From Eledone cirrhosa (Eukaryota): a DNA stretch of 64,000 nucleotides. The stretch lies in the NCBI GenBank assembly GCA_964016885.1, contig OZ024742.1:88908001-88972000 (forward strand). The letters are read 5' to 3'. Below, one piece after another: positions 42,448 to 54,087 of the stretch (positions are counted from its first letter, which is position 1; every line of letters starts with the position of its first letter). The notes beneath the pieces were generated by a model, which had not been told where the DNA came from, ran no database searches, and was given only the letters and a program-made list of their open reading frames with translations. A program made the translations under genes and the position numbers.

Positions 42448-44544
42448 ATGGCTACGAAAAAGAAATTTCATACGTCACTCCCACTCATTCCGTCTTCTTC
42501 TTCCTCAATCATCACTACAGCAGAGAGAAGATTGTCTCTCTCCCTCCCTTCTTTAAATGTGTCTCTCTCCCTCCCTTCTCTTTCGCAAGCGACGAAAGAA
42601 AAGAAAAGTCTCGTGCAAAGCGTGCAAGGTTTCTCCACGACGACGACGACAGCGACGAAACAGGTGTGCGGGAAATACGAAAACCCAGTTCATTCGTCTG
42701 ACGTCAGGAATAATAGCAGTAGCAGCCGTAATAACAACAGCAACAGTGACAATGAAAACAACAGTAGCAGCCGCAACAGCATCACCAGCAGCATAAACAA
42801 CAACAGCATTAGCAGCAGCAACACCAACAACAACCACAGCAACAGCGGCGGAGGCAGTAGTCGTAGTACCTGCAGCAACAACAAAAGTACCAGCAGCTCT
42901 GACGACAACAACAACAGCAGAGAAAAACCAATCTCATTTGCAGGTATTGCGAAAAACTTGGAAACAATCCTCATAACAAATGAGGAATTAGAGGAAGCGA
43001 AGAAGATGGTGACAAAGAACGGACACCGAGCAATCTGCAAGGCAGCGAAAATTTTTTTCGAAACCCAAGAGCACTGTACGGTCACGTACCGTACAGTAAG
43101 TACAAAATCCCGTAGGGTGGAAAGAGCCACAGAGGCCCAAATACAAAAAGCCTTGGGGTCTGTGTGGCAGAGGAAAACGCACATCACCCGAGGCAAAAAA
43201 TACGCCACCGTAGACGTACTTTTTGCCACACCCCAGGAGGCAAAGGCCCAATCAGTAGTGACCCTAAGGAGCGAGGAAATGGTGTTGGTGCCCTCCTACT
43301 GCGGGCAAAAAATTGTGAGGGTCAAACTGACCCACGTCCCCCCCGGAATGACCCCTTCTTGGCTGGCCGCGTCTGTCCTCGTCGGAATCGAGGACAAAAC
43401 AACTGTACTGCAAGTACAGAAAAAAGTAAGAGAAGATTGGGTCGGCTCCTCCATTGAGATGCTAATCCAAACCAACCAGGAGTGCATCGAAGCTATCCCG
43501 GATGTGATAGACTTCGATAACGGCACTCAACTGCCCATAAGTGTTGAGGGCAAACGCCCGAAATGCTTTCGCTGTGGATCGAAGACTCACCTCAGGGCCT
43601 TCTGCAACGAGAAGACCCTGAGAAAGGAGAAAACCCCCCTCCTTCCGAATCCGGCTCCACGGCTACCAGCAACAGGACAAGCGGCAACCAGGAACGATAG
43701 GTCCGTGGCACCCATACCCACGCCACGGAAATCAAAAACAGCAGCAGCAGTGGAAATATTAACAACAACAACAGCAATACCAAATGCAGCTGCAACAGAG
43801 ACTCCAGTGCAAACATCACCAACAACAACAAGTGAAAGAGTGGAGCTGGTACCCCTCCCCGACCTCACAGAATCAGACATGGAGTGTGAGGTGGGAGAGG
43901 GATGGCAAAAGGTCGCAAGAAGGCACAAACGCAGAAGCAGCGCATCGTCGCCTTTGAAAAGGGAGGAAAGAAATGAGAAAAGGGTAAAGTCTACTGCAAA
44001 GAGACCCACAGCAGCAACAACACCAACACCATCACCACCCACACTAGCGCCACCATCACCACCGGCGACAACCCCACCGCCAACAACACCTTCAACACCA
44101 CCACCACAAGCACCAACATCGCAAACACAACAACAAAACACACACACCCAGCAACAACGACAAGAAAATAGCAGAACCACACCCCACCCCCAGAAAAACA
44201 AATGCACGGCAATAAATACACACAACAAGAAACTAATGACTTACATAATTGAACACACAGACATTTCACAACAGGACTACATAATACCAGCACCAATCAA
44301 AACGCCAACTAACATAAGACTGCTAAAAATAGCACAGAAACAATACACAAACATTAAAACGAAATTCCCCAACGCAGTTGGTGATTTCAGGGACCTAGGA
44401 GGAACCATCAATCGAAGAGTATACTCAGACATTCTCTTAGAAGAGCCGATGACCAGCCGAAGGGACGATTCAACGGTCCCTTCACCAGACGATCAAGTGA
44501 AAAGGGATGTAAAAACCATCCCTCCTCTACCAAAAGTACGGTAA
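42448..44544 (+). CDS. Tx1 ORF1 type B, gag-like nucleic-acid-binding protein with CCHC knuckle
   Basis: Uninterrupted frame from ATG 42448. N/S low-complexity N-terminus, SFAGIAK motif, CFRCGSKTHLRAFC and a P/T-rich linker. Confidence 0.88.
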   Translation: MATKKKFHTSLPLIPSSSSSIITTAERRLSLSLPSLNVSLSLPSLSQATKEKKSLVQSVQGFSTTTTTATKQVCGKYENPVHSSDVRNNSSSSRNNNSNSDNENNSSSRNSITSSINNNSISSSNTNNNHSNSGGGSSRSTCSNNKSTSSSDDNNNSREKPISFAGIAKNLETILITNEELEEAKKMVTKNGHRAICKAAKIFFETQEHCTVTYRTVSTKSRRVERATEAQIQKALGSVWQRKTHITRGKKYATVDVLFATPQEAKAQSVVTLRSEEMVLVPSYCGQKIVRVKLTHVPPGMTPSWLAASVLVGIEDKTTVLQVQKKVREDWVGSSIEMLIQTNQECIEAIPDVIDFDNGTQLPISVEGKRPKCFRCGSKTHLRAFCNEKTLRKEKTPLLPNPAPRLPATGQAATRNDRSVAPIPTPRKSKTAAAVEILTTTTAIPNAAATETPVQTSPTTTSERVELVPLPDLTESDMECEVGEGWQKVARRHKRRSSASSPLKREERNEKRVKSTAKRPTAATTPTPSPPTLAPPSPPATTPPPTTPSTPPPQAPTSQTQQQNTHTQQQRQENSRTTPHPQKNKCTAINTHNKKLMTYIIEHTDISQQDYIIPAPIKTPTNIRLLKIAQKQYTNIKTKFPNAVGDFRDLGGTINRRVYSDILLEEPMTSRRDDSTVPSPDDQVKRDVKTIPPLPKVR

Positions 44545-44579
44545 GTGGTCTTTCCCATCTTTTCCACTCTATTTTAAAC

Positions 44580-47500
44580 ATGACCTCACTCAGAATAGGC
44601 AGCATAAATGCGCGTGGCTTGGGGTCGTCATGGGAGCAGGGTCACCTGCTCAACGACCTCAGGTCACTAAACATAGATGTAGTGGCCATCAGCGAGACCA
44701 GAATCTCCGAAGCACGGGCCTTCGCACCGATCTTCGGCGGCTACGATGTGTACGCATCTCCCAGCAGTCCTGGATCGGGTGGAGGAGTTGCTGTGCTTTT
44801 TCGGAGAGGTTTGGATCTCGCCATACGGGCCATCTTCCTGGACCCAGAGGGTAAGCTGGTGGTGCTGGACGTGACCAGCGGAGACGGGCAAGCTTTCAGA
44901 ATAGTGGCCGTCTATGCCCCGACAGGAGCAGGGCGGCCTGATTTCTTCCGGCGTCTGGAGACCTTTCTTGGAACGTCCCGCTCTTTAGTGTTAGTGGGCG
45001 ACTGGAACGGGATCTTAGATGCACGCTGGGACTGTGTGGGATTAGCGGATAGGGGTGGAGGGTGCAAGAGCCTCACCAACCTGCTCAGGCGTTTTGAACT
45101 GTCTGACAGGTACCGATTGGATTTCCCGAATGTGCCAATGTGGACTTGGACAAACCGCATAGGGTCATCCAGATCATATCTAGATAGAGTATTTTGTAGG
45201 GAAATAGATAGGTCTAGCATAGGCTGTCCACAATTCAAGATAGTCAGCTACACGGACCACAAATTCGTGACCTGTGTGCTTGACTTAGATAGGCTTCATA
45301 GACGAGGACCCGGCTACTGGAAGCTAAACGCGTCCTTACCAGTGCGCAAGGCCTACAGAGACCGGATTAGCGAACTAGTTAAGCGGGCGTTGACGGGGGC
45401 CATCGTCAACAACAAGTGGTGGTTTGCTCTGAAAAGAGCGATTAGAATAGAATCGATTAGGTTTAGTAAGGCTTTAGCAATAGAGAAAAATAGAGCAGAG
45501 GGAGAACTAGTTAGAAAATTAGACGAGGCGCTTAGCAAAGGCATTGCGACCGACGTGCTTGCGGCGAAATTGGCCCTTGACCAATTCTTCAATGCAAAGC
45601 ACGAAGGCTGCGTTGTCAGAGCTAGGGTGCGTGCTCTCAGACACGAGGGGACGAAAGCCGTTCAATGGGCCCGAGTGGCGGAGACCCGTCTTGGCAACAA
45701 AGCCACGATCCGGTCTTTGGTGGACCACGACGGGCGCATGCTACTCGATCCCGGGCAAATATGTGAAGCTTTTCAGCGACACTTCGCTCAGCTGTTCGGG
45801 GGCAATGGGGGGCCGGGTAGAGGGATGGACTTTAGTGTCTACCTCGACGGACTGCCGCGGCTCTCGGCCACTGAGGCGAAGTGTTGCGAAAAGCCGATAA
45901 CAGCCGCTGAAGTACGGGAGGCAATGACTGGCTGCACAAGGGGTAAATCGCCTGGTTTTGGATGGTCTGCCCTATGAACTTTACGTACAGATGCCAGACT
46001 TGTTCGGAGGCCTCTTGGCGGACGTCTACTGCAACTGGCAACAGAACGGGAGAATTCCCAGTTCTGTGAGCCGAGGAGCGGTGGCACTGCTGAGAAAGGA
46101 TCCGAACAAGGGGGATAACATAGAAAATTTCCGGCCCATAACTCTGCTAAACACAGAGTTTAAGATTTTGGCCAAGGTGCTAGCAAAGAGGTTGGCGCTT
46201 GTCGTTGGTGGTCTGGTGGGAGAGGCGCAGACATGCGCCATTCCCGACAGATCCATCCACGACAACCTCCACCTCATGCGATACATCGTAGAGAGGGTAG
46301 CTAGGGAACCTGGCACGGGTGGGTCCTTGATCAATTTAGATCAGTCGAAAGCTTTCGATAGGGTCGACCATCGTTACCTAGCGGCAGTCCTGAGGGCGGC
46401 TGGCTTTGGGCCCGTCTTCAGAGGCTGGATCGCTGCCATGCACAGCGACATCTGCTCTGTGGTGAGAGTGAACGGTCACCTGTCGGAACCGTTCAACATA
46501 ATGCGCTCGGTCCGCCAAGGATGTCCCCTCTCGTCCCTCTTGTACGTATTGACTCTCGAGCCATTACTGCACAAACTGGAGACGTTGAGGGGAGTCCCGC
46601 GCGAACTAGGATGCGGAAGATCCGTGTCAGCATATGCGGACGATGTCACCGTAGTGGTGTCGAACGCCAAACACATCGAGGTGATCGGCACTACACTAAG
46701 AGAATACGAAGCGGTGACAGGAGCAATGATCAACCAGGAAAAGTCAGTGGGCCTGCAGCTCGGCACCTGGAGAGGCAGGTCCATGCCGTCGAACAGCTTC
46801 GTCGGGCGCTGGACGGACGGACCGGTTAAATTGCTAGGGGTCTGGTTCGGTCCGGACCTCCAGACGGACAAAAACTGGGACGAGGTGACGAGCAGGGTGG
46901 CTTCTCTCACCCAGAAATGGGCGGAGAGGAAGCTATCCCTGAAAGGTCGAGCGGAGGTGGCTAACGCGTACATCGCGTCTGTCATCTGCTACCGCCTAAC
47001 CGTCGTACCTTGTCCTAAGCCTCGCCTGACTGCGCTGGAGCGTTTGCTCTTTCGCTTTTTGTGGAAGGGACGTGCTCCGATGGTCAGGCGGTCCATCTGT
47101 TGTAAACACCCGCTACGTGGAGGGCTGGGCATGCCGTGGCTGATGATGCGCAGGCACGCGCTCAGGCTACGACATCTCCACCTCTTCCTCGACGGTGATC
47201 AGGTGTGGTCGCCGTTTGCTAGACGCGTTTTTCCCCAGCTCGTTTCCTTGACGGAGCTGCAGTCCTGGGTCAAGCGAAGACCGAGAGGGAGCGCCTGGAG
47301 ACTGGAATGTCTTCAGGCGCTCACAGCCCTCGACCAATCGGGCAATGTGATCGGTGGAAACTCCACCTCGGCGTTCTATAGAGGATTAGTGGAGGGGAAA
47401 AGCGACGACGTACTTGGGGAAACTCTAGGCGTCGACGAAAATCAACTAGCCAATCTCTTCGGAAGAACTTTCGGGCCAGGGCCTATGGACAACTTCCAGA

Positions 47501-48000
47501 AATCTCTGGCCTGGCAGTGCTACCGAGGAGCCTTGCCAGTTCGGGATAAACTCTACAGGCATGGAGGTGCCGTCAGCCGGGCATGTCCGAGATGCGCGCA
47601 GGGCGACGAAACCGTCCTGCACGCACTCGTCCAGTGTCCGAAAATTGCTGCCTTGTGGGTTTATGTCGAACACCTGCTGTCGCGTTTAGGACGGATCCAG
47701 CTATCATCTGAGTCTATCGTGAGGATTGCCCCGCCCTCCTCCTTTAGCCGGGAAGGGCAGGCAGTTTTTATCTGTCTGGTGGCCATGGCGAAAGAGATAG
47801 TATGGTGGACACGTTTGAAAGGGCTGAAGACGAGCACTTACCTCTTCGGTGATGCTCTGATTGACTTTTTCAAATTTCATTTGAAAAGGAAAATCAGAGT
47901 AGAGAAGGAAGTGCTCTCTTCCCAGCATTTTGTTGAAATATGGGTGAGAGAAGCAAGAATGGCCCGAGTGAATGGGCCGACTCTGAGTATATATCTGTAA
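44580..48000 (+). CDS. Tx1 ORF2: APE endonuclease + RT + C-terminal CCHC (one +1 frameshift at ~45957)
   Basis: SINARGL, SETR, VYAP, GDWN, SYLDRVF and TDH (APE); FRPITLLN, LDQSKAFDRVDH, VRQGCPLS and YADD (RT); CPRCAQGDETVLHALVQC. CCTGGTTTTGG here versus CCTGGTTTGG in the other copies. Confidence 0.9.
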
Positions 48001-48248
48001 ACTAAAGGTGGAAAACTGGGAGAGGGCACTTGCCTTGGTGGTCAGGGTCATTGTGGCTTGTTACTGGGCTTTCTCCACAAATGTCCCTCCGAAGTCTGCC
48101 CCCTATTGGGGAATTTTTCATTGTTATTTTTTGTTACATCCTCTGTTTTTGTTTTTTACACGCAGAAATGCCCATTTGTACCGTCCTGCATTGTCCTGCA
48201 CTGTCCTTAATGTCTACTTTATGTAAACCCTTGTGGTTAATAAAGAAA

Positions 48249-48292
<44 letters not shown>

Positions 48293-48499
48293 GGCGACCT
48301 ACGTAGGAAATCGTATTATCGTGAGCTCCGCAAAGGTTTGTTATTTCCGTTTGTTTAAAAATTGCCATTTATGGAAAATTTTATTGTAAACTGTTTATAA
48401 GCACATACATTGTTTTCCGAAAAGGACACCCAAAAAGATTTGGGCCTTGTGCCCAAAATTTTAACTTTTATTATTATCCAAAAATTTCTTTGAAAAAGA

Positions 48500-50489
48500 A
48501 TGGCTAATTCCCCTCTGCACGAAGCAGCTGAAAGCCTTCCTCACAAAATAACACCTCACACCGACACCACCATTGTAAATGTTACTACGTTTGCCAACAC
48601 AAAAAAAAAATATAAGCAGTAGCAATATTTTAAATTTGTCTCAGGCAGACATTCATTTCCCGCCATTACCAATGACTGCAGGTGTTAAACCCTCCACCAC
48701 CACCACCACCGCGACAACCACCACCACCACCACCACCACCGCGACAACAGAAACAAAAGAAGAAAAAAATAAATTAACTCGTGACGTCGAAATGAAATCA
48801 AGCAAAATGGACTCTTCCCCACCAAAGACGACTGACGTCACAACCACCACAACTGAAAATAAAATTAATATTAACGATAGCAACAACAACAACAATGATA
48901 TTATAAAACCGACCCTCAGTTTCGCCATCGTAGCAAAACAATTCGAAGCGTTCACGGTAACCCAAGAAGATTTAGAAAATGCCAAACAAATGGTAAAGAA
49001 AGATGGGTACAGGGTCAGCCTCACCCCCCCACCTAATAAAATGGAGCATCGGCGCCTGTGCACCGTGTCGTATAGAACAATAAATGTAAAATCGCGCCGA
49101 GTGGAACGGGCATCCGAGTCCCAAATCCAAAAAGCTTTGGGACATGTGTGGGCAAGAAAAACCCACATCAGACGTGGGCAAAAGTATGGAACCGTGGATG
49201 TGTTCTTTGAAACACCAGAGGAGGCTAGAGAACACTCCATGGCCCCATTAAAAAGTGACGACCTCACACTCGTCCCAAGCTATTGTGGCCAGAGACTCGT
49301 AAAGATCAGGGTGACCCACGTTCCACCGGCCATCGAAATTCCCTGGCTAATAGCGGCTGTCCTCACCGGCATCGAAGCCAACACGAAAATAATAGCAGTA
49401 GCAAAAGAAAAGCAGGAAAACTGGTCCGGATCTGGGATGGAGCTCCTGATCCAAGCGGACCAAAAAAGCATTGAGGAGATCCCAGAGGTAATAGACCTCA
49501 CTGACGGCAGCTACCTCACGGTAATTGTCGAGGGCAGAAGACCTAGGTGTGTCGTTTGTGGTGAAGGAACCCACCTAAGGGCTTTCTGCCCTCAGGCTAA
49601 AAGGTTGAGGCCACCTCTCCTACCCACCCCAGTGACAAAACCATCAACACCACCAGTAGCAGAGATGGCAGCAACAACTGTAGCAGCAACAACAGAAGCA
49701 ACTATAACAGCAACAACCCCAGCAACACTAGCAAAACCAACACCACTACCACCACCAGCAAAACCAACACCACCACCACCCAACGCTTCAGAACTAGCAC
49801 CAGCGCCTACACCATCCACCACACCACAACCAAAACTAACGGCTGTGGAGGATTTTCCAATCCCCGGCCTATCACAACTGGAGACAGATTGTGACGACGA
49901 GGAGTGGGAAACGATATCCGGAAAAAAAAAAAGAAACCAAAAAAGAAAAAATTCTCTTCCTTCCCCCTCCAAAAACAAAATACAGAGGGAAACAAATAAA
50001 CTAAGAAACAAAAAAGTTAGGACAGATATGACACCATCCACACCAGCATCACCAACCCCATCAACCCAAACACCAACACCATCACCATCATCATCCCCAG
50101 CACCACCATGACCTACACCACAAAAGTCACCAAAAAGCGAAACAGAAACAAACCCACAACAAACGCAAACAAAACAAAACAACCAAAACGATACACACTA
50201 CACAGCATTAAATTTGAACAACAAGCAATTATTACACTACATCCAACACAACACCAGCATCACAGGAAAAGACTACACAACAACCCCAAAATTCACACCA
50301 CCTCCACACATACAAATCACTCGCATCACACAGAAAACGTACATGACACTAAAACAAAAATTCCCCAAAGACATCGGTGACTTCCGACAAGCACTCTCCA
50401 GGAGGATTTATAAGGACATCCTTCCTGAGGAGGCCACAAGCAGTGAAAAGGATGGAAAAGCCGTCCTTCCCCTACGAGAAGTAAGGTAA
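48500..50489 (+). pseudogene. Tx1 ORF1 type A (frameshifts near 48605 and 50108)
   Basis: 510-aa frame with CVVCGEGTHLRAFC, plus the C-terminal piece 50214-50489. Confidence 0.85.
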
Positions 50490-50523
50490 GTGGTCTTTCC
50501 CATCTTTTCCACTCCTTTTCAAC

Positions 50524-53500
50524 ATTACCTCACTCAGAATAGGCAGCATAAATGCGCGTGGCTTGGGGTCGTCATGGAAGCAGGGCCACCTGCTCAACGA
50601 CCTCAGGTCACTAAACATAGATGTAGTGGCCATCAGCGAGACCAGAATCTCCGAAGCACAGGCTTTCGCACCGATCTTCGGCGGCTACGATGTGTACGCA
50701 TCTCCCAGCCGTCCGGGATCGGGGGGAGGAGTTGCTGTGCTTTTTCGGAGAGGTTTGGATCTTGCCATACGGGCCATCTTCCTGGACCCAGAAGGTAAGT
50801 CGGTGGTGCTGGACGTGACCAGCGGAGACGGGCAAGCTTTCAGGTTAGTGGCCGTCTATGCCCCGACAGGAGCAGGGCGGCCTGATTTCTTCCGGCGTCT
50901 GGAGACCTTTCTTGGAACGTCCCGCTCTTTAGTGTTAGTGGGCGACTGGAACGGGATCTTAGATGCACGCTGGGATTGTGTGGGATTAGTGGATAGGGAA
51001 GAAGGGTGCAAGAGTCTCACCAACCTGCTCAGACGTTTTGAACTGTCTGACAGGTACCGAATGGATTTCCCGAATGTACCAATGTGGACTTGGACAAATC
51101 GCATAGGGTCATCCAGATCATATCTAGATAGAGTATTTTGTAGGGAAATAGATAGGTCTAGCATAGACGAGGACCCGGCTACTGGAAGCTAAACGCGTCC
51201 TTACCAGCGCGCAAGGCCTACAGAGACCGGATTAGCGAACTAGTTAAGCGGGCGTTGACGGGGGCCATCGTCAACAAATAGAGCAGAGGGAGAATTAGTT
51301 AGAAAATTAGATGAGGCGCTTAGCAAAGGCATCGCGACCGACGTACTTGCGGCGAAATTGGCCCTTGACCAATTCTTCAATGCAAAGCACGAAGGCTGCG
51401 TTGTCAGAGCTAGGGTGCGTGCTCTCAGACACGAGGGGACGAAAGCCGTTGAATGGGCCCGAGTGGCGGAGGCGCGTCGTGGCAACAAAGCCACGATCCG
51501 GTCTTTGGTGGACCACGACGGGCGCATGCTACTCGATCCCGGGCAAATGTGTGAAGCTTTTCAGCGACACTTCGCTCAACTGTTCGGGGGCAGTGGCGGG
51601 CCGGATCGAGGGATGGAGTTTAGTGTCTACCTCGACGGACTGCCGCGGCTTTCGGCCACTGAGGCGGAGTGTTGCGAAAAGCCGATAACAACCGTTGAAG
51701 TACGGGATGCAATGACTAGTTGCACAAGGGGCAAATCGCCTGGTTTGGATGGTCTGCCCTATGAACTTTACGTACAAATGCCAAACTTGTTCGGAGGCCT
51801 CTTGGCGGACGTCTACTGCAACTGGCAACAGAACGGGAGAATTCCCAGCTCTGTGAGCCGAGGAGCGGTGGCGCTGCTGAGAAAGGATCCGAACAAGGGG
51901 GATAACATAGATAATTTTAGGCCCATATCTCTGCTAAACACAGAGTTCAAGATTTTGGCCAAGGTGCTAGCAAAGAGGTTGGCGCTTGTCGTTGGTGGTC
52001 TGGTGGGAGAGGCACAGACATGCGCCATTCCCGACAGATCCATCCACGACAACCTCCACCTCATGCGATACATCGTAGAGAGGGTAGCTAGGGAACCTGG
52101 CACGGGTGGGTCTTTGATCAATTTAGATCAGTCGAAAGCCTTCGATAGGGTCGACCATCGTTACCTAGCGGCAGTCCTGAGGGCGGCTGGCTTTGGGCCC
52201 GTCTTCAGAGGCTGGATCGCTGCCATACACAGCGACATCTGCTCTGTAGTGAGAGTGAACGGTCACCTTTCGGAACCGTTCAACATCATGCGCTCGGTCC
52301 GCCAAGGATGTCCCCTCTCGTCCCTATTGTACGTATTGACTCTCGAGCCATTACTGCACAAACTGGAGACGTTGAGGGGGGTCCCGCGCGAACTAGGATG
52401 CGGAAGATCCGTGTCAGCATATGCCGACGATGTCACCGTAGTGGTGTCGAACGCCAAACACATCGAGGTGATCGGCACTACACTAAGAGAATACGAAGCG
52501 GTGACAGGAGCAATGATCAACCAGGAAAAGTCAGTGGGCCTGCAGCTCGGCACCTGGAGAGGCAGGTCCATGCCGTCCAACAGCGTCGTCGGGCGCTGGA
52601 CGGACGGACCGGTTAAATTGCTAGGGGTCTGGTTCGGTCCAGACCTCCAGACGGACAAAAACTGGGACGAGGTGTCGAGCAGGGTGGCTTCTCTCACCCA
52701 GAAATGGGCCGAGAGGAAGCTATCCCTAAAAGGTCGAGCGGAGGTGGCGAATGCGTACATCGCATCCGTCATCTACTACCGCCTGACCGTCGTACCTTGT
52801 CCTAAGCCCCGCCTGACTGCGCTGGAGCGTTTGCTCTTTCGCTTCTTGTGGAAGGGACGCGCTCCGATGGTCAGGCGGTCCATCTGCTGTCAACACCCGC
52901 TACGTGGAGGGCTGGGCATGCCGTGGCTGATGATGCGCAGACACGCGCTCAGGCTACGACATCTCCACCTCTTCCTCGACGGTGATCAGGTGTGGTCGCC
53001 GTTTGCAAGACACGTTTTTCCCCAGCTCGTCTCCTTGACGGAGCTGCAGTCCTGGGTCAAGCGAAGACCGAGAGGGAGAGCTTGGAGACTGGAATGTCTT
53101 CAGGCGCTCACAGCCCTCGACCAATCGGGCAATGTGATCGGTGGAAACTCCACCTTGGCGTTCTATAGGGGATTAGTGGAGGGGAAGAGCGACGACGTAC
53201 TTGGAGAAACTCTAGGCGTCGACGAAAATCAACTAGCCAATCTCTTCGGAAGGACTTTCGGGCCGGGGCCTATGGACAACTTCCAGAAATCCCTGGCCTG
53301 GCAGTGCTACCGAGGAGCTTTGCCAGTTCGGGATAAACTCTACAGGCATGGAGGTGCCGTCAGCCGGGCATGTCCGAGATGCGCGCAGGGCGACGAAACC
53401 GTCCTGCACGCACTCGTCCAGTGTCCGAGCATTGCTGACTTGTGGGTTTATGTCGAACACCTGCTGTCACGTGTAGGACGGATCCAGCTATCAGCTGAGT

Positions 53501-53787
53501 CCATCGTGAGGATTGCCCCACCCCCTTCCTTTAGCCTGGAAGGGCAGGCAGTTTTTATCTGTCTGTTGGCCATGGCGAAAGAGATAGTATGGTGGACACG
53601 TTTGAAAGGGCTGAAGACGAGCACTTACCTCTTCGGTGATGCCCTGATTAACTTTTTCAAATTTCATTTGAAAAGGAAAATCAGGGTAGAGAGGGAAGTG
53701 CTCTCTTCCCAGCATTTTGTTGAAAGATGGGTGAGAGAAGCAAGTATGGCCCGAATGAATGGGCCTTCTCTGAGTATGTGTCTGTAA
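50524..53787 (+). pseudogene. Tx1 ORF2; start ATG mutated to ATT, two deletions in the APE/linker, RT-CCHC part (51358-53787) open
   Basis: Comparison with 44580-48000 shows deletions at ~51165 and ~51278. The 809-aa open frame contains QGCPLS and YADD. Confidence 0.9.
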
Positions 53788-54029
53788 ATTAAAGGTGGAA
53801 AACTGGGAGAGGGCACTTGCCCTGGTGGTCAGGGCCACTGTGGTCTTTTAATGGGCTTTCCCCACAAATGTCCCTTGGAAGTCTCCCCCCTATTGGGGAA
53901 TTTTTCTTTGTTATTTTATTTCAACCTCTGTTTTTTTACACGCAGAAATGCCCATTTGTACCGTCCTGTATTGTCCTGTACTGTCCTTAATGTCTACTTT
54001 ATGTGAACCCTTGTGGTTAATAAAGAAAA

Positions 54030-54064
<35 letters not shown>

Positions 54065-54087
54065 TTATTATTATTATTATTATTATT

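Larger units (their letters stand above)
42235..48292 (+). mobile_element. Full-length, nearly intact Tx1/L1-clade retrotransposon, ORF1 type B
   Basis: Starts right after the upstream (TTA)n tail. Intact ORF1, ORF2 with a single frameshift, and a 3' UTR with AATAAA and a long (TTA)n tail. Confidence 0.95.
48293..54087 (+). mobile_element. Full-length Tx1/L1-clade retrotransposon, ORF1 type A, with few lesions; long (TTA)n tail
   Basis: Begins GGCGACCTACG immediately after the (TTA)n tail of the previous copy. ORF1 from ATG 48500, ORF2 to 53787. Confidence 0.95.

Noticed and set aside
42553-44296. Antisense ORFs over Tx1 ORF1 (poly-L/V/G), likewise 37043-38156, 46476-46985, 48653-50182 and 52263-52772
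   Set aside because: Shadow frames of low-complexity or GC-rich coding sequence on the other strand.
36357-54087. LTR retrotransposon or segmental duplication as explanation of the repeated 3' ends
   Set aside because: No integrase, protease, PBS or TG...CA. The APE-RT organisation and simple-repeat tails indicate independent non-LTR insertions with different ORF1 types and decay.
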